Origin: an uncultured Thermoleophilia bacterium
GTDB lineage: Bacteria; Actinomycetota; Thermoleophilia; UBA2241
Length of the DNA: 64,000 bases
Direction of reading: 5' to 3'
NCBI GenBank assembly: GCA_963702475.1
Contig: CAVPCT010000004.1
Span: 288,001 to 352,000 of the forward strand
This document shows positions 8,451-17,855 of the stretch, piece after piece. Within the stretch, counting starts at the first letter, position 1, and the number at the start of each line of letters is the position of its first letter. A model generated the notes under the pieces. The model saw only the letters and a list, made by a program, of their open reading frames with translations, was not told the DNA's origin and ran no database searches. Both the position numbers and the translations under genes were made by a program.

Positions 8451-10291
8451 GCTCTCCCCGCCGGTTTGAAGATGTCCTTGACGCCGGCCGCCCTCGCCTT
8501 GAGACGGTCCCAGGTGCTGCCGCCGCCGGGGAGCACCTCGCCCTGGCTGGCCGCGCCGAGCGCGTCTTCGCGGCGGCGTACCACGAAGTACGAAGCGGCG
8601 GCGCCGATCGGCAGCAACACGAGCAGGGTACCACCGACGAAGCCGGCGGCACTACCCCGGCCCGCGTCCGCAGTCCCGGTGGCCTCAGCGCTGCTCGTGG
8701 CTTCGGGACTGGCTATCGGGGTACCGGAGATCGGATAGCCGCTCTGGTACGGGCCCGGCGTCCCCGTGGGCTCGACCGACGGCGAGTAGGTGGGGCCGGG
8801 CGTCAGGGTGGGGTACGGCTCGGGCGAGTAGGTGGGGTAAGGCTCCGAGGTGCTCGGTTCGGGCGTGGGCGTCGGGTACGTGGTGGGCGGCGGGACGTAC
8901 GTCGGCTGGGCGGTGGGGATGGGTACGACGGGCGTGGTCTTGGCGACCACGAACGTGCGCTGCACCGTCTTGGTATTGCCGGCGTGATCCACGAGCTCGA
9001 GCTTGTAGGTGTGGTTGCCGTTGGGCATGTCCTTGAGCGTGAGGTGCAGCTCGCGGGTGCCGATGACGGCCGGCTTGGTGCGGTCCTGGTTGTCCACGAA
9101 CACCTTGCAGGCCTTGGGGTTGATGCCCGTGCCTCTCACGCCGTCAGTGTAGGTCGCGCGGATGAGCACTGTGTTAGTGGTCGTGTACTTCGCGCCGTTC
9201 CGCGGCGACGTGCTGAGTACCTTGGGCTTGAACACGAACGCCTTGAGCGCGGGGGGGCGCGTGGCGGGGTAGGTGGTGAACGGCTGGTCGCGCAGGGCCG
9301 TGACGGCCCAGGCTGTCGTCTCGAGCGGCTTGGTGGTCTCGCCTGTCTTCTTGAGATAGGCGCCGGTCTTCTGCTGCAGGGCGGTGAGCGCGAGACGCGG
9401 CGTGGACGCCGTGGTCTGCCAGAACGAGTCGTCGGGCTTCTCGCCGAGGACCAGGATGGCCTGGATGGCGGCGGCCGTCGCCCACGCGTCGGTCTTGCCG
9501 CCGCTCGTCGCCGGAAAGCCACCGTCGGGGCTCTGGTTGTCCTTGAGGTACTGGCGCGCCGCCGGCAGGACGTCGGCGTCCACGCTGCCGTCGGCCGCCA
9601 TGCTGAGCGCCTGGATGGCCAGGGCGGTGTCTTCACAGTTGGAGGACTGCCCGGCCTGCACCGGGAACCCCCCGTCTGCCTGCTGTTGCTTCTCGAGCCA
9701 CGTCTCGGCGGACTTGAACCGGTCACTGGAGGTCACGCCCATGGCCTTCATGGCGAGGATCGCCCAGGCGGTGGTGTGCACCGCTCTGAACTCCCGGTTG
9801 GACTGGGCCGGCGAGAAGCTGCCGGCCGTGGCGGAGCCCTCGGTGGTGTCCTGGTAGGAATAGAGCTGCGCCAGCAGGTCGACGTGCGGCGTGCCGGCCA
9901 CGAAGACGCGGTCCTCCTGACCGGCGGCCACGTACGACAGGATGGCCTGCGCGTAGTACACCGGCGCGTTGTCGGAGTCCGCCCCCGTGGCCGCCTTCGC
10001 GTGGTCGTTGGCCTGCAGGAAGGTGAACGGGTTGTTGCCCGCGATGGTCCACATGGACGAGCCGATGCGCTCGCCGCTGGCCACTGCGCCGATGATCACC
10101 CACGTCGTGGCCGTCATGGAGCCGAACCCGCCGTCGGCCTTCTGGCGCGCGTGGAAGTAGTCCAGGCCGCGGGTGACGCTCTTGGGGCGTGGGTCGGTCG
10201 GTGTGTCGCGCTTGAGGGCCGTGGCCGAGGCGGCGACGCCGACCGCGAGCGCCGCGGCGAGCGCGAGCGCGAGCCAGAACTTCCTGCCCAT
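8447..10291 (-). CDS. Secreted/anchored prenyltransferase-squalene-oxidase-repeat (alpha/alpha barrel) protein with Ig-like domain, P/T/Y-rich linker and C-terminal TM
   Basis: Signal peptide MGRKFWLALALAAALAVG; repeats QKADGGF / WLEKQQQADGGFP / YLKDNQSPDGGFP with TAxAIxAL helices; DHAGN Ig-type motif; C-terminal TM followed by RRR. Confidence 0.8.
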   Translation of the reverse strand: MGRKFWLALALAAALAVGVAASATALKRDTPTDPRPKSVTRGLDYFHARQKADGGFGSMTATTWVIIGAVASGERIGSSMWTIAGNNPFTFLQANDHAKAATGADSDNAPVYYAQAILSYVAAGQEDRVFVAGTPHVDLLAQLYSYQDTTEGSATAGSFSPAQSNREFRAVHTTAWAILAMKAMGVTSSDRFKSAETWLEKQQQADGGFPVQAGQSSNCEDTALAIQALSMAADGSVDADVLPAARQYLKDNQSPDGGFPATSGGKTDAWATAAAIQAILVLGEKPDDSFWQTTASTPRLALTALQQKTGAYLKKTGETTKPLETTAWAVTALRDQPFTTYPATRPPALKAFVFKPKVLSTSPRNGAKYTTTNTVLIRATYTDGVRGTGINPKACKVFVDNQDRTKPAVIGTRELHLTLKDMPNGNHTYKLELVDHAGNTKTVQRTFVVAKTTPVVPIPTAQPTYVPPPTTYPTPTPEPSTSEPYPTYSPEPYPTLTPGPTYSPSVEPTGTPGPYQSGYPISGTPIASPEATSSAEATGTADAGRGSAAGFVGGTLLVLLPIGAAASYFVVRRREDALGAASQGEVLPGGGSTWDRLKARAAGVKDIFKPAGRA

Positions 10292-10418
10292 GCGGGTCCT
10301 TTGTGCGTAGCCGGGCGAGTGCGGAGACTGGCGCCCATGGTACCAAGGGGACCGGGGCCGGACCACCGCCGTGTGGTGGGACGGAGCATCCGTATAGAGA
10401 GGTTCATTCCCGGGACCA

Positions 10419-10799
10419 TTGGGTCGACACGGTGGATATGGGGCCGCGACCGACAGACGGCAGGACGACACCGACGGAGAGCTGGAGTCCTTCGGCTTCC
10501 AGCTGCGCGTGAAGAGCCCGCACCTGGCCGCGCTCCTGACCGGCGCCGACGACCGCGTGTCGATCGTCCGTGCCCGGGAGCAGGTGCCGCACGAGACCCG
10601 GACGGTGACCTGTGACTCCAGAGTGTCGTGGCGGAGCGCGCAGGGGAGGCGGGCGGCGCGGTCGTCCAACTCCGCCGCCCTTCGTCCGACTGCTGAGCCG
10701 CCCTGCACGGGCGACGGTGGCCTCGTTGGTCTGCGGGTGAGACTCCCAGAGGGCGCGATCGCCTGCGGCCGCGCGCCCGCGACGTTGTATCCTTGCTAG
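10419..10799 (+). CDS. Possible small hypothetical protein
   Basis: Coding-like stretch GELESFGFQLRVKSPHLAALLT in the divergent gap; start and end uncertain. Confidence 0.3.
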   Translation: MGRHGGYGAATDRRQDDTDGELESFGFQLRVKSPHLAALLTGADDRVSIVRAREQVPHETRTVTCDSRVSWRSAQGRRAARSSNSAALRPTAEPPCTGDGGLVGLRVRLPEGAIACGRAPATLYPC

Positions 10800-10804
10800 C
10801 CGAC

Positions 10805-11854
10805 ATGGCCGTCCTGCTCTCACTCGTCATCCCCGTCTACAACGAGGTCGACAGCCTCGAACCGCTCGTCGCCGAGATCGACGAGGCGCTGGCCGCTGCC
10901 GGGCAGGCCTTCGAGATCGTCTTCGTGGACGACGGCTCCAGCGACGGGTCCTTCCGCGTGATGCAGGAGCTTGCCGCAAGCCGCGGCGACGTGCGCGTGG
11001 TGAAGCTCCGACGCAACTTCGGCAAGGCTGCGGCCCTCTCGCACGGGTTCGAGGTGTGCAGGGGCGACGTCGTGGTCACCCTGGACGGCGACCGTCAGGA
11101 CGACCCCGCCGAGATCCCGCGGCTGATCGCACGCCTCGACGAGGGCTTCGACCTCGTCTCGGGCTGGAAGCAGAGCCGTCAGGACCCCATCGACAAGACG
11201 CTCCCGTCACGGTTCTTCAACTGGACGGTGCGGAGGACCACCGGCCTGCCGTTGCACGACTTCAACTGCGGCCTCAAGGCGTACCGCCGCGAGGTGGTCG
11301 ATACCATCCACATCTACGGCGAACAGCACCGCTACATCCCCGTCGTGGCCTCACAAGCGGGGTTCACGGTCACCGAGGAGCCGGTGCACCACCGTAAGCG
11401 CACGGCAGGTGTGTCCAAGTACGGCTGGCAGCGTTATCTGCGCGGCTACCTCGACCTGACCACGGTCCTCTTCCTCGGCCGGTACCAGCACCGGCCGCAG
11501 CATCTGTTCGGCGGCATCGGCACACTGCTCATCGTGATCGGCGTGCTCGTGGAGCTGTACCTGACGATCGACAAGCTCGCCTTCGGGAACCCTATCGGGC
11601 AGCGCCCGCTCCTTCTTCTGGGGGCGCTGCTCATCATCGTCGGAGTGCAGCTTCTGTCGCTCGGGCTGATCGGCGAGCTCATCGCCAACTCCCGCGCGCG
11701 CGAAGGGCCGGACACGCTGCAGGTGGCGGCCGTGATCGAGCCTGCGCCCGAAGCGCTCCCGGCGCCGCAGTCCGTCGTCCTCGCCGGCGCCGGGTCGGCC
11801 CCGGCGCCCGGCGGCGCGTCCGTTCCCGTGCCGGGCGCCGCCGACACGCCGTGA
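10805..11854 (+). CDS. GT2 polyprenol-phosphate glycosyltransferase (ArnC/GtrB-like)
   Basis: SLVIPVYNE, FVDDGSSD, RNFGKAAAL, TLDGDRQDDP, HDFNCGLKAYR, two C-terminal TMs. Confidence 0.9.
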   Translation: MAVLLSLVIPVYNEVDSLEPLVAEIDEALAAAGQAFEIVFVDDGSSDGSFRVMQELAASRGDVRVVKLRRNFGKAAALSHGFEVCRGDVVVTLDGDRQDDPAEIPRLIARLDEGFDLVSGWKQSRQDPIDKTLPSRFFNWTVRRTTGLPLHDFNCGLKAYRREVVDTIHIYGEQHRYIPVVASQAGFTVTEEPVHHRKRTAGVSKYGWQRYLRGYLDLTTVLFLGRYQHRPQHLFGGIGTLLIVIGVLVELYLTIDKLAFGNPIGQRPLLLLGALLIIVGVQLLSLGLIGELIANSRAREGPDTLQVAAVIEPAPEALPAPQSVVLAGAGSAPAPGGASVPVPGAADTP

Positions 11855-12969
11855 CGCGCGCCGTCGCCTACTTCGGCACGTACGACTCCGACTACCCGCG
11901 CAACGCCGTCCTCATCGCCGGGTTGCGCGAGCACGGAGTGACCGTGCACGAGTTCCGGGCGCCGCTACCACCGCTGACGGCGGCGCAGATGGCCACGCCC
12001 CGGGGCGCGTTGCGGCTCGGCTCCGGGGTGGCTGCGGCCCATCTGCGCCTCGCGGCACAGCACCGCATCGAGCTCGCTGTGGATGCCGTGATCGTCGGGT
12101 ACCCCGGCCACTTCCTGGTGCCCTTCGGGCGTCTGCTGGCGGCGTTCCGGCGGGCGCCGCTCGTGTTCGACCCGCTGGTCTCCTTGTGGGACACCTTCGC
12201 CGGCGACCGCGGCCTTGTGGACGCCGGCGGCTGGAAGGCGACGGCCGCGAGGGCCGTGGATCACGTCGCCTTCTCTCTGCCGCGCCTGGTGCTCGCCGAC
12301 ACGTGGGCGCACGCCGCCTTCTTCCAGGAGAGGCTCGGCGTGACTCGGCGGCGTGTGGCCGTGGTCCCGGTCGGGGCGTTGCCGGAACCGCGGGCGACCG
12401 GCGCCGCTCGCGAGCTCGGCTCGGACGACACGCTCACAGTGGTGCAGTACGGCAGGTGGAGCCCTCTGCACGGCGCCGACGTGGTGCTGGAGGCGGCGGA
12501 CCTCCTGCGTGACGAACCGGTGCGCTTCGTGCTGGCCGGCGAGGGCCAGCTCTCCTCCGCGCTGAAGGCGCGCATCGCCGGCCGAGGGCTTGACGGCGTG
12601 GTCTGGCTCGGCGAGCTCGAGCCGGCGGCGCTGCGCGAGCGCGTGCTCGCCGCCGACGTGTGCCTCGGCGTCTTCGGGCGCTCGGCCAAGGCCGCCCGCG
12701 TCGTCCCCAACAAGGTCGTCGACGGGCTCGCCTGCGGCCGGCCGGTGGTGACCGCCGACACGGCCGGGGCACGCGAGCTCCTGCAGGACGGCGCCGATGC
12801 CCTCCTCGTGCCGGCCGGCGACGGCGGGACCCTGGCCGCCGCTCTCCGCCGTCTGCTCGACCACGGCTTGCGCGAGCGCCTCGGTACCGCCGGACTGGCG
12901 TTGTACCGCCGCCGCCTGATGCCGTCGGCCGTCGCCGCCGACCTGCTCTTAGCGCTGGAGCGGCTGTGA
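11851..12969 (+). CDS. GT4 (GT-B) glycosyltransferase
   Basis: YPRNAVL, PLHGAD, ADVCLGVFG...VVPNKV...ACGRPVVTAD. Confidence 0.85.
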   Translation: MTRAVAYFGTYDSDYPRNAVLIAGLREHGVTVHEFRAPLPPLTAAQMATPRGALRLGSGVAAAHLRLAAQHRIELAVDAVIVGYPGHFLVPFGRLLAAFRRAPLVFDPLVSLWDTFAGDRGLVDAGGWKATAARAVDHVAFSLPRLVLADTWAHAAFFQERLGVTRRRVAVVPVGALPEPRATGAARELGSDDTLTVVQYGRWSPLHGADVVLEAADLLRDEPVRFVLAGEGQLSSALKARIAGRGLDGVVWLGELEPAALRERVLAADVCLGVFGRSAKAARVVPNKVVDGLACGRPVVTADTAGARELLQDGADALLVPAGDGGTLAAALRRLLDHGLRERLGTAGLALYRRRLMPSAVAADLLLALERL

Positions 12970-14006
12970 GCGCCGAGGGCCGCGTGAGCGACCCCGGCCC
13001 CGGCGCCGAGCCCAACGCCCCCGGCGCCGACATGTCTGGCGCCGACCTCCCGACCCCCGGCACGGGGCCGCCGTCCGGGACTCCGCGCCGCCGGCCCCTG
13101 TGGCTCCGCGCCGTGCAGGTCGCCCTGGTCGTGGCGGCCGCCTACTTCGTCGTCGCCTACCTCGTGCGCTCCTGGTCGAGCATCCAGGACTTCTCCTGGT
13201 CGCTTCGGCCCGTCTGGCTGGCGCTTTCGGGCGTGGCGTTCCTGCTCTTCTACCTGATGCAGGCCGTGGTCTGGTGGCTGGTGCTGCGAGGCGTCGCCGT
13301 CCGCACGACGTTTCTCACGGCCGCCGCGACGTGGGCCAAGTCCATCCCGGCGCGCTACATCCCCGGCACCGTGTTCATGTTCGTCGGTCGCGCCTGGCTG
13401 AGCCATGACGCAGGCATGCCCGTCGACAGGGTGACGGCTGCGATGGTGTACGAGCAGGCGCTCGGCGTGTGCTCCGCCCTCGTCACCGTGGGGGTCCTCT
13501 TCCCGTTCTGGGAGTACGATCCGGGCCTCACCGCCCTGGCCCTGCTCGGCGTCCCCGTCATCGTGGCTCTGCTGCACCCGCGCGTGTTCGCACCCTTGGC
13601 CGGCCGCATGCTGCGCGTGCTGCACCGGCCTCCGCTGGAGGTCACACTCGGGTTCGGCGCCGTCGCCGGCCTGCTGGCCTATTTCGTCCTGAGCTGGCTC
13701 GTTGCGGGCTTCGGCGCCTGGGCCCTGGCGCGGTCGCTCACGGGACTCGAGGTGAACGCGCTTCCGGTGGTCATCGTCGCCTATGCGCTGGCTTACGTGG
13801 CAGGCATGGTCGCCTTCTTCATCCCCAGCGGCATCGGCGTCCGCGAGGCCGTGCTCACGGCCTCGCTGGCCGCGCAGCTGCCCGGTGGCGTGGCTCTCGT
13901 GTGGGCGCTGTTGCTCCGTGTGTGGGTGACCGTGGTCGAGCTCGCATTCGTCGGCATCGTGCTGGTCGTCGAGGCGGGAGCGCGTAGGAGAAGGTCGAAC
14001 CTGTGA
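12966..14006 (+). CDS. Lysylphosphatidylglycerol-synthase-TM / flippase-like membrane protein
   Basis: GTGA overlap with the GT4 gene; multi-TM; ARYIPG and PSGIGVRE motifs, LLRVW. Confidence 0.8.
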   Translation: MSAEGRVSDPGPGAEPNAPGADMSGADLPTPGTGPPSGTPRRRPLWLRAVQVALVVAAAYFVVAYLVRSWSSIQDFSWSLRPVWLALSGVAFLLFYLMQAVVWWLVLRGVAVRTTFLTAAATWAKSIPARYIPGTVFMFVGRAWLSHDAGMPVDRVTAAMVYEQALGVCSALVTVGVLFPFWEYDPGLTALALLGVPVIVALLHPRVFAPLAGRMLRVLHRPPLEVTLGFGAVAGLLAYFVLSWLVAGFGAWALARSLTGLEVNALPVVIVAYALAYVAGMVAFFIPSGIGVREAVLTASLAAQLPGGVALVWALLLRVWVTVVELAFVGIVLVVEAGARRRRSNL

Positions 14007-14066
14007 GGCGCGCAGGTGGGCTCGGCGGTGTCGGACAGAGGGTGTGGGTGACGAGGATGGCGTGTC

Positions 14067-15710
14067 GTGACGGACGAGACTGACGTCTCTCAGGCGCCGC
14101 TCGGGAGCGGCGCCGGGACGGTGCAGCCGTCCTCTAAGGCTCGCCGGTCCGGCGCCCGGCACGGTCCCTTCCGGCTCTCCCCAGTGCTCGAGCTCGACGC
14201 GGCCGAGCGCCGACGGCGGGGCCGCCGCGCAGCTGCCGGAGTGCTCCTCGGCATGGTCCTCTTCGCCGTCGTGTACGGCTTTCTGTCGTGGCTCAAGTAC
14301 CGCGCCTACATGGACGCGCGCTTCGACCTGGGCAACATGGTCCAGGCCGTCTACAATACGGCGCACGGCCACTTCCTGGAGATCACCACCGGCGAGCTGC
14401 AGCCGCGGCAGATGTCCCGCCTGGGCTCGCACGTCGACCCGATCCTCGCCCTGTTCGCGCTGCCGTGGCTCGTGTGGCCGAGCCCGACCATGCTGCTGGT
14501 GCTGCAGGCGGCGATCGTGGCCACCGGCGCCTGGCCGGCGTACCGCCTGGGCACGCGGGTCCTGCGTGACCCGCGCGCCGGCGGCCTGCTCGCCGGCGCC
14601 TACCTGCTCTACCCCGCCCTGGGCTTCCTCGTGCTCAACGAGTTCCACCCTGTGGCGCTGGCCACACCGCTGCTCCTCTGGGCCTTCTTGTGCGTCGAGG
14701 AGGGCAGATGGCTGTGGGCGGCGCCGTTCCTCGTCCTGGCCGCCGCCTGCAAGGAGACCGTCCCCCTCGTCATCGCCCTGATGGGGTTGTACTTCGCTCT
14801 CCGCAAGCGCTCGTTGTGGCCGCTCGTCCTCACGGTGTTGGCCGGCGCGTACTTCGTCGTGGCGGTGTGGGTCATCATCCCCCACTTCAATGGGGACCAG
14901 AGCGCGTTCATCGCTCGCTACGGGGAGTACGGTTCGGGAGCCACGGAGGTCGTGAAGCACGCCCTTGCGGACCCCGTCCAGACGGCCGCCGACCTGACGT
15001 CCGCGTCCAACCTCACGTATTGGCTCCACCTGCTGTGGCCGTTCGGCTTCGCCGCGCTGCTCAGCCCGCTCACCGCGCTGATCGCCGCGCCCGAGTACCT
15101 GCTCAACGCGCTCTCGTCCGTCGGGTTCCAGCGCCGCATCGAGTTCCACTACACGGCGCTGGAGATCCCGTTCCTGTTCGCGGCGGCGGTGCTCGGCCTC
15201 GCGCGACTCTGGCGCTGGCTCGGCGGCGGGCTGGGACGCAAGGAGGCCGCCATGCGCGGCCAGCTGGTCTCGCGTGAGGCGCTGGCCCTGCTGGTGCTGC
15301 TCTGCGCCTTGGCCGGCAACTTCTTCCTCGGCCCCCTGCCGTTCTCGCTGCCGGGCGCGGCGTTCGACGGGCACGACTACGCCAAGACCTCGCACGACCT
15401 CGTTCTCGACCAGGCGGTCGCGCTGATCCCGGCCGAAGCCACGGTGTCGGTCAACAACAACGTCGGCGCGCAGCTTGCGGCGCGGCGGGTCTCGTACGTG
15501 TTCCCGTACTTCGCGGCGGCGGACTGGGTCGTCGTGGACACCCGGCACCCGTGGTTCTACGACAGGGAGAACCGGCGACTGCACGAGCAGGCACTGGGCC
15601 GGCTGGTGCTCGACCGGAGCTTCCAGAACGTGTTCGCGCAGGACGGTGTCTACGTGTTCAAGCGCGTCGCACCCTCATCGGGCGGGCCGTCCTCTACGCC
15701 ACCCAGCTGA
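14067..15710 (+). CDS. DUF2079-domain membrane protein (GT-C-like)
   Basis: FDLGNMVQAVYN, LGSHVDPIL, EFHPVALA, CKE, FHY motifs; many TMs. Confidence 0.8.
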   Translation: MTDETDVSQAPLGSGAGTVQPSSKARRSGARHGPFRLSPVLELDAAERRRRGRRAAAGVLLGMVLFAVVYGFLSWLKYRAYMDARFDLGNMVQAVYNTAHGHFLEITTGELQPRQMSRLGSHVDPILALFALPWLVWPSPTMLLVLQAAIVATGAWPAYRLGTRVLRDPRAGGLLAGAYLLYPALGFLVLNEFHPVALATPLLLWAFLCVEEGRWLWAAPFLVLAAACKETVPLVIALMGLYFALRKRSLWPLVLTVLAGAYFVVAVWVIIPHFNGDQSAFIARYGEYGSGATEVVKHALADPVQTAADLTSASNLTYWLHLLWPFGFAALLSPLTALIAAPEYLLNALSSVGFQRRIEFHYTALEIPFLFAAAVLGLARLWRWLGGGLGRKEAAMRGQLVSREALALLVLLCALAGNFFLGPLPFSLPGAAFDGHDYAKTSHDLVLDQAVALIPAEATVSVNNNVGAQLAARRVSYVFPYFAAADWVVVDTRHPWFYDRENRRLHEQALGRLVLDRSFQNVFAQDGVYVFKRVAPSSGGPSSTPPS

Positions 15711-17064
15711 AGATCGCGAACTTGCCGGTCAGGAAGACGAGCAGGACGAGGCCACCGACCACGCACGCCTTGTGCAGGCGCGGGCGGTCTCTGGTGTACA
15801 GGGCGAGCGCCACGTAGAGCGGGAAGACCGCCAGCATGAACCGCGGGTACGACATCAGCGGCACGTATTTCGACGGGAAGAAGAGCGGGTAGGCGAGCAG
15901 GGCGAGCGCGTACCAGGAATAGGCGCGCGGAAGACGGCGCGCGCCGTACCAGAGCAACAGGGCCGCGACCAGGAGGAACAGCAGGTTCTGCAGGTTGGTC
16001 GCGAAGGTGCTGTAGGCGGTCCCGGGGCGCGGCACGGCCCAGAGCGCGTTGTAGAACTCGGCGGCGACCATCTTGCGGATACCCCAGAACAGGGTGACGA
16101 ACGCCTTGGCCACGGTGTAGTTCGGAAAGGCGAACCCGCGCTCCCACACGGCCTGCGCGGTGGAGAACATCAGGGGCTTGCCGAACGCCAGGGCCAGGTA
16201 GGTCATCCACACGAGCATGCCTTCCACCACCATCAGCAGGTTGGCGACGTGCGAGTCGGTCTTCTTCCAGTCCCACTGCCGGCGCTCGTAGTAGTAGTAC
16301 GCCATAGGGACGAGCAGGATGATGCCGGTGCTCCGCGTCAGCGTCGCGAGCAGGCCCATCACACCGGCCAATCTCCAGCGACCCTCGCGCGCGAACACGA
16401 AGCAGGCGAGGGAGAGGAAGAGGAACAGCGACTCCGTGTAGACGGCCTGGAAGAAGAACGACAACGGCGTGACGGCGAGGTAGATCACGGCGCGTGAGGC
16501 CGTCTCGGCGTCGAAGTCGGAGCGCACGAGCCGGTACAGCAGCCACACGGAGCCGGCGTAGCAGGCCAGCGACACGACGATACCGGTGACGACCAGATTG
16601 CCGCCGAACACCAGACCGACGTAGCGCAGCAGCATCGGGAACAACGGGAAGAAGGCCGTGCTGCCGTCGCCGTCGGCGTAACCACTGGTGGCGATCTTGA
16701 TGTACCAGACCCCGTCCCAGTGAGCCCAGGGATTGAAGAGGCTGCCGAGCCAGCCCGTGAACACCTCGGCGCGCGCCGGGAACCGCCAGCCGATGGGTGA
16801 CCCTTGGACGCCGATGAGGGCTGCTGCGGCGAAGGCTGCGGCCACGATGACGAGCCGGCTGCCCACAGCCCAGGCGACGGCGCGGCGGAGGGGACCCGAC
16901 GTCGCGCCGTCGCGGGGGGCGACCACTTCGCCGGCGGGAGTCCGGCCGGCCGGCTCGTCTCCCTTCGGCGAGCGGACGCCGCCGGCGATGGTGTCTCCGG
17001 CGGCGGCGTCCACGGCCCCGGGCGGATCACCCAGGGCCGTTCGCCTCCCGGCGGCCGAGCACAC
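15694..17064 (-). CDS. PIG-V-like GT-C mannosyltransferase family protein
   Basis: HWDGVWYIKIATSGY, AFFPLFP, YTESLF, ATLTRSTG. True start probably downstream of 17064. Confidence 0.85.
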   Translation of the reverse strand: MCSAAGRRTALGDPPGAVDAAAGDTIAGGVRSPKGDEPAGRTPAGEVVAPRDGATSGPLRRAVAWAVGSRLVIVAAAFAAAALIGVQGSPIGWRFPARAEVFTGWLGSLFNPWAHWDGVWYIKIATSGYADGDGSTAFFPLFPMLLRYVGLVFGGNLVVTGIVVSLACYAGSVWLLYRLVRSDFDAETASRAVIYLAVTPLSFFFQAVYTESLFLFLSLACFVFAREGRWRLAGVMGLLATLTRSTGIILLVPMAYYYYERRQWDWKKTDSHVANLLMVVEGMLVWMTYLALAFGKPLMFSTAQAVWERGFAFPNYTVAKAFVTLFWGIRKMVAAEFYNALWAVPRPGTAYSTFATNLQNLLFLLVAALLLWYGARRLPRAYSWYALALLAYPLFFPSKYVPLMSYPRFMLAVFPLYVALALYTRDRPRLHKACVVGGLVLLVFLTGKFAIFSWVA

Positions 17065-17845
17065 CGTCGGCGACGAGGCGCGCCAAGACAGCGGCGCGCA
17101 GGTCGCTGGCGAGCTCGCGCCGCTCGTGCGGTTCGTTCGCCCAGGCGTGCAGCCGCAGGCTCACGCCTTCCGCGCCGAGCTGCTCGACGGTCACGAGGTT
17201 CTCCCGTCCCGCCGGCGGCTCCGCGAGCTCGTTGCCGACCGCCAGCACAGCCGCCCGCACCGCCTCCAGGTCGGCATCCACCGGCACGGCGAAGTCGACG
17301 GTGACCACGCTCTGCGGTGTGCCGAGCGTGTAGTTGTTGACCATCTGGCTGGCGAACGCCTCGTTGGGGATCACCACGTGGCGGCCGTCACCGGTGCGGA
17401 TATAGGTGAAGGTGAACGTGATCTCCTCCACGGTGCCGAACTCGCCGTTCACGCTGATGTAGTCGCCCAGGCGAACGGGCTGGGCGAACGCCAGCATGAC
17501 GCCGCTCACGAGGTTGGCGATGGGCGCCCGGGCGGCGATGCCGATGACGCCGGCGACGATCGCCGTGGAGGCGAGGATGGCTCCGGACAGGGTCCTGAAG
17601 GCCGGGAACTGGAAGAGCGCCAGGGTGAAGCCCACACCGAGGATGGCCACCACGATGAGCCGCCGGAACATGACGTACCGCGTGCGGTCCGCACGGCCCG
17701 GCCGCTTTCCCAACAGCCGTTCCATGGCGGCGTCGCGGCGCGCGAGGATGTAGTCGACCACGCGCGCCGCGATCACCGCGATGACCACGTAGACGATCGC
17801 CTCGAACCACGCGGTCTGGTAGAAGGCTGTGGCGACGGTGCTCAC
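17027..17845 (-). CDS. Small-conductance mechanosensitive channel (MscS family)
   Basis: GIAARAPIANLVSG...QPVRLGDYI...GTVEEI...VVIPN. Confidence 0.9.
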   Translation of the reverse strand: MSTVATAFYQTAWFEAIVYVVIAVIAARVVDYILARRDAAMERLLGKRPGRADRTRYVMFRRLIVVAILGVGFTLALFQFPAFRTLSGAILASTAIVAGVIGIAARAPIANLVSGVMLAFAQPVRLGDYISVNGEFGTVEEITFTFTYIRTGDGRHVVIPNEAFASQMVNNYTLGTPQSVVTVDFAVPVDADLEAVRAAVLAVGNELAEPPAGRENLVTVEQLGAEGVSLRLHAWANEPHERRELASDLRAAVLARLVADGVLGRREANGPG

Positions 17846-17855
17846 GGACTGAAGG

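Noticed and set aside
8760-8940. Repetitive DNA (also 6830-6990 and 45190-45280) as CRISPR or tandem array
   Set aside because: Low-complexity coding for Pro/Thr or Gly/Arg tails; no repeat-spacer periodicity and no cas genes.
10292-10804. Possible cobalamin riboswitch upstream of the barrel/ExbB/DUF2149 operon
   Set aside because: No recognisable B12-box or conserved GGGAA...GCCACTG elements on either strand.
12261-15584. 1107-aa minus-strand ORF and similar long ORFs (8984-10615, 22171-24303, 32909-35197, 60786-62660)
   Set aside because: Antisense shadows of well-supported genes in high-GC DNA; no motifs.
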